Made by a program: the position numbers and the translations under genes. From Hyphomicrobiaceae bacterium (lineage in GTDB: Bacteria > Pseudomonadota > Alphaproteobacteria > Rhizobiales > Hyphomicrobiaceae), in the NCBI GenBank assembly GCA_016793635.1, contig JAEUMD010000015.1, positions 37,829 through 101,828 of the forward strand: a stretch of DNA of 64,000 nt, read 5' to 3'. Shown one piece after another: positions 62,601 to 64,000 of this stretch. The number at the start of each line of letters is the position of its first letter. The stretch's first letter is position 1. The notes beneath the pieces were generated by a model. It did not search any database. It was given only the letters and a program-made list of their open reading frames with translations, and was not told where the DNA came from.

Positions 62601-62928
62601 CGTCAATCGCCATCGTGGTCAGGCCCGCGAGACCAGACAGTAGCGTCAACTCGTCGTCACCGTCACCGATCGCGCGAATGCGCGGCATCAGCACGGCGCG
62701 GCGACCGCTATGCTTCAACATCGCGTCTTGAAGCGCGCGCGTCGCGCGGCGTGTCGGCAGCAGCAGCGTCACGTCGGCGAGCGACATCGGATCGTCACTC
62801 GCGGCCGCAGCGCCGAGCGCACCCGACAGCATGGCCTCGGCGAGTGCATCGAGGAACGGCCGCCCCGGCGGCACCGTGAAGATGTTTGCCGCGCCCGATC
62901 GCGACGCGTTATCTGTGAACCCTGTCAT
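59692..62928 (-). CDS. addB: Double-strand break repair protein AddB (alphaproteobacterial type)
   Basis: 1078 aa from ATG 62928 (MTGFTDNASRSGAANIFTVPPGRPFLDALAEAML...). PD-(D/E)xK-like C-terminal region (DRLDVSGSGIVITDYKTG). The ATG overlaps the stop of the upstream nucleotidyltransferase gene (ATGA). Confidence 0.85.
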   Translation of the reverse strand: MTGFTDNASRSGAANIFTVPPGRPFLDALAEAMLSGALGAAAASDDPMSLADVTLLLPTRRATRALQDAMLKHSGRRAVLMPRIRAIGDGDDELTLLSGLAGLTTMAIDDTDALPAISALERRLVLTQLVLAWSEKMRSAVAETLDPTGELGEFAGVGRSTPAQASLLADELGRLMDMVETEGVSLGRMAELVPDTYSEHWKKTLDFLEIITAFWPAHLAERALASPAAGRNRSLELETRRLIESPPKSPVIVAGVTGSIPATAALMRAVAGLDNGFIVLPALDMHLDEVSWRAIRPTDEKAAAPRHFEHPQHGMKTLLDRLGVDRADVRVLPGAEPTPAQSDRLSFVAEAMRPASTTAAWHDYASTVDRDRLRAGLSGISLIDAPAAQDEAEAVALILREALEVPGRTAALVSPDRLLARRVAARLESWGIRVDDSAGRPFGKTVPGAFLDLVIEAVDSSFAPAALMALLKHPLTRFGLGAFEVRRAARALELAAFRTEYLGQGLDGVEAALEQAAADVANRERRERPVRRLWKEDWEGARDLVIRLKSAFAPLTALYATREAHLLGTLAAAHIAAAEAVARLPDGEVKPLAPGEEENEGNRGRYFAELYRGDAGDAAARLFAGFVSPDLPQLDIAAADYADLYRSLIARENIRPKVPLHPRLFIWGPFEARLQQPDVVILGSLNDGTWPEAAEPGPWLNRPMRRELGLPSPEEMIGYAAHDFTSLLGAERVYLTRAEKIDGVPTVPSRWLMRIVALLDGLKMRDAIAMEKPWLGWARTRDAIAQRQPCAPPEPCPDVAKRPRRLSVSGVETWIANPYAIYAQHILALDPLSPLGTVPDASLKGAIIHDILAELARRHPRELPADTRGALVAIAREKLAPYLANPRIAAFWLPRFERFAAWFAGTEPARRLAGGSVLAEISGRMVLDGPAGPFELTARADRLDVSGSGIVITDYKTGTPPSDKAVAAGRSPQLPLEAAIAIAGGFAGIETREVSGLSYIRITGGTPPGEERQIGAPVAELAAAQTEGLSDLIARFDDASTPYSARRRPGFSYEYDDYEQLARVAEWSDLADEGETED

Positions 62929-63653
62929 GCCCGCTCCGGCTCCCCTTCGGCGAGGCGGCGTTCCGCTTCGGCGAGCGCCGCGGGCGTACCGACGTGCATC
63001 CAGAACCCGTCCAGAACCACGCCCCAGAGCCGGCCCTTGGCAAGTGCAGCATTCCACGGCCCGTTGAGAGAGAACACGTCATCGTCGAAACCGGCCAACA
63101 AGCGGGGGTGCGCGACCGAAACGCCGGCGAACACGAACTCCGACGTGCCGCCCGTTGGCCGTCGCGAAAGCCGCCCAGCATGGTCCATGCTGAAATCACC
63201 CGCGCCGTCGTATCCGAGGCAGCGCCGACGGTCTGCGAGCAATAGCAGCGCGTCCATACGCGCGTCGTCCCAGGCGTCGATGAGCGTCGCGATGTTGGAC
63301 GGCCCGCTCTCGAGCCATACCGTATCGGAGTTGTGAACGACGAACGGCCCTTGCCCGAGCCGCGGCAGCGCGCGGCGCACGCCGCCGCCGGTATCGAGCA
63401 GAAGCGTGCGCTCGTCCGAGATCTCGATCGATGGGTTCGTACGCCCGGCGAGATGCGCCTCGATCTGGTCGGCAAGGTAATGCACGTTGACGATGGCGCG
63501 CGTAATGCCCGCGTCGGCGAGGCGATCGAGCGCATGATCGAGGAGGGCGCGCCCTCCGAGCCGCACGAGCGGCTTCGGCGTGACATCTGTCAGCGGACGC
63601 ATGCGCGTGCCGAGACCGGCGGCGAGCACAAACGCGGTGTTCGGTCGGCCCAT
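62925..63653 (-). CDS. Nucleotidyltransferase family protein (MurU-like sugar-1-phosphate nucleotidylyltransferase)
   Basis: 242 aa. The N-terminal AFVLAAGLGTRMRPLTDVTPKPLV signature is present. Position upstream of addB is as in other alphaproteobacteria. Confidence 0.8.
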   Translation of the reverse strand: MGRPNTAFVLAAGLGTRMRPLTDVTPKPLVRLGGRALLDHALDRLADAGITRAIVNVHYLADQIEAHLAGRTNPSIEISDERTLLLDTGGGVRRALPRLGQGPFVVHNSDTVWLESGPSNIATLIDAWDDARMDALLLLADRRRCLGYDGAGDFSMDHAGRLSRRPTGGTSEFVFAGVSVAHPRLLAGFDDDVFSLNGPWNAALAKGRLWGVVLDGFWMHVGTPAALAEAERRLAEGEPERA

Positions 63654-63744
63654 CGGCTCGGCATCCTCGGCTTCGAGCGGCGCGGGTTCGTCGCTGTCCC
63701 GCCGCCCTGCTGCAATTCAAGCGGCATTCCGGCCGCGCCACCGG

Positions 63745-64000
63745 TCAGCCCCGCAAAGGCATGACATGGCGATCATAGATCGCGCGGAGGTCCGCCAGCT
63801 CCGGATGGGCGAGCGACCGAGCGAGATATCCCCAGATACGCGGCATGTGGACAAGGTAGCCGCGCTTGCCGTCACGGACGGCGAGCCGCGCGAAAATGCC
63901 GAGGATCTTGGTGTTGCGCTGCGCGCCGAGCGCGGAATAGGCGAAGTGGAATCCGGTCTCGTCGAAATCGGGCTCGGCCTGACGCACAGCTGCGCAATAG
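63745..64000 (-). CDS. Aminoglycoside-phosphotransferase-family kinase (AmgK-like), C-terminal fragment; N-terminus beyond window edge
   Basis: The frame stays open to position 64000 (...YCAAVRQAEPDFDETGFHFAYSALGAQRNTKILGIFARLAVRDGKRGYLVHMPRIWGYL...). The gene context (kinase, nucleotidyltransferase, addB) supports the call. Confidence 0.55.
   Translation of the reverse strand, partial: YCAAVRQAEPDFDETGFHFAYSALGAQRNTKILGIFARLAVRDGKRGYLVHMPRIWGYLARSLAHPELADLRAIYDRHVMPLRG

Overview
This is a high-GC, gene-dense chromosomal core segment whose gene content and order look alphaproteobacterial (Rhizobiales-like). I call 53 protein-coding genes (2 cut by the window edges), 3 intrinsic terminators, 2 repeat loci and a few candidate operator palindromes. 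In order, the blocks are:
- rplS, a PAS-like histidine kinase, an orphan two-domain ABC permease and an AstE/AspA-family hydrolase.
- AsmA-family and solute-binding proteins with long Pro/Ala tails, then a DUF882 peptidase.
- A glycerol block: glpD, DUF4212 plus SSS symporter, LysR, HpcH aldolase, glpK.
- nadABC, truA, two small secreted/membrane proteins and fmt-def.
- A Tat-signal GH114-like hydrolase and a 1296-aa 7TMR-DISM/PAS/GGDEF/EAL protein translationally coupled to a GNAT, followed by M16 peptidase and thrC.
- The aa3 cytochrome c oxidase cluster: ctaC-ctaD-ctaB(extra copy)-ctaB-small ORF-ctaG-ctaE-repeat array-DUF983-SURF1.
- IalB-like, phasin-like and BcsS-like proteins, then a multi-PAS histidine kinase.
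- pheS-rplT-rpmI, a two-gene islet, then infC.
- GT4 glycosyltransferase, alpha/beta hydrolase, folE, and addB with murU-like and amgK-like genes.

I saw no rRNA, tRNA, CRISPR, transposase, integrase, phage or recognisable defence genes. I did not find a convincing novel multi-gene system. The most unusual items are:
- A terminator-bracketed two-gene islet (orphan TadG-like protein plus a small 4-Cys secreted protein) that splits infC from rpmI-rplT-pheS.
- A paired composite palindrome upstream of nadABC.
- A mosaic GC-rich repeat array inside the cox cluster.
- A tandem diverged second ctaB.
- A c-di-GMP protein with a degenerate GGDQF motif and a roughly 300-aa proline-rich tail.
- Several breaks of normally conserved gene pairs (pheS without pheT, addB without addA, rplS without trmD).

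Many long ORFs in the supplied track are antisense shadows or upstream read-through typical of high-GC DNA and were rejected. The track renders GTG/TTG first codons as M, so several starts were re-placed by hand and remain uncertain.
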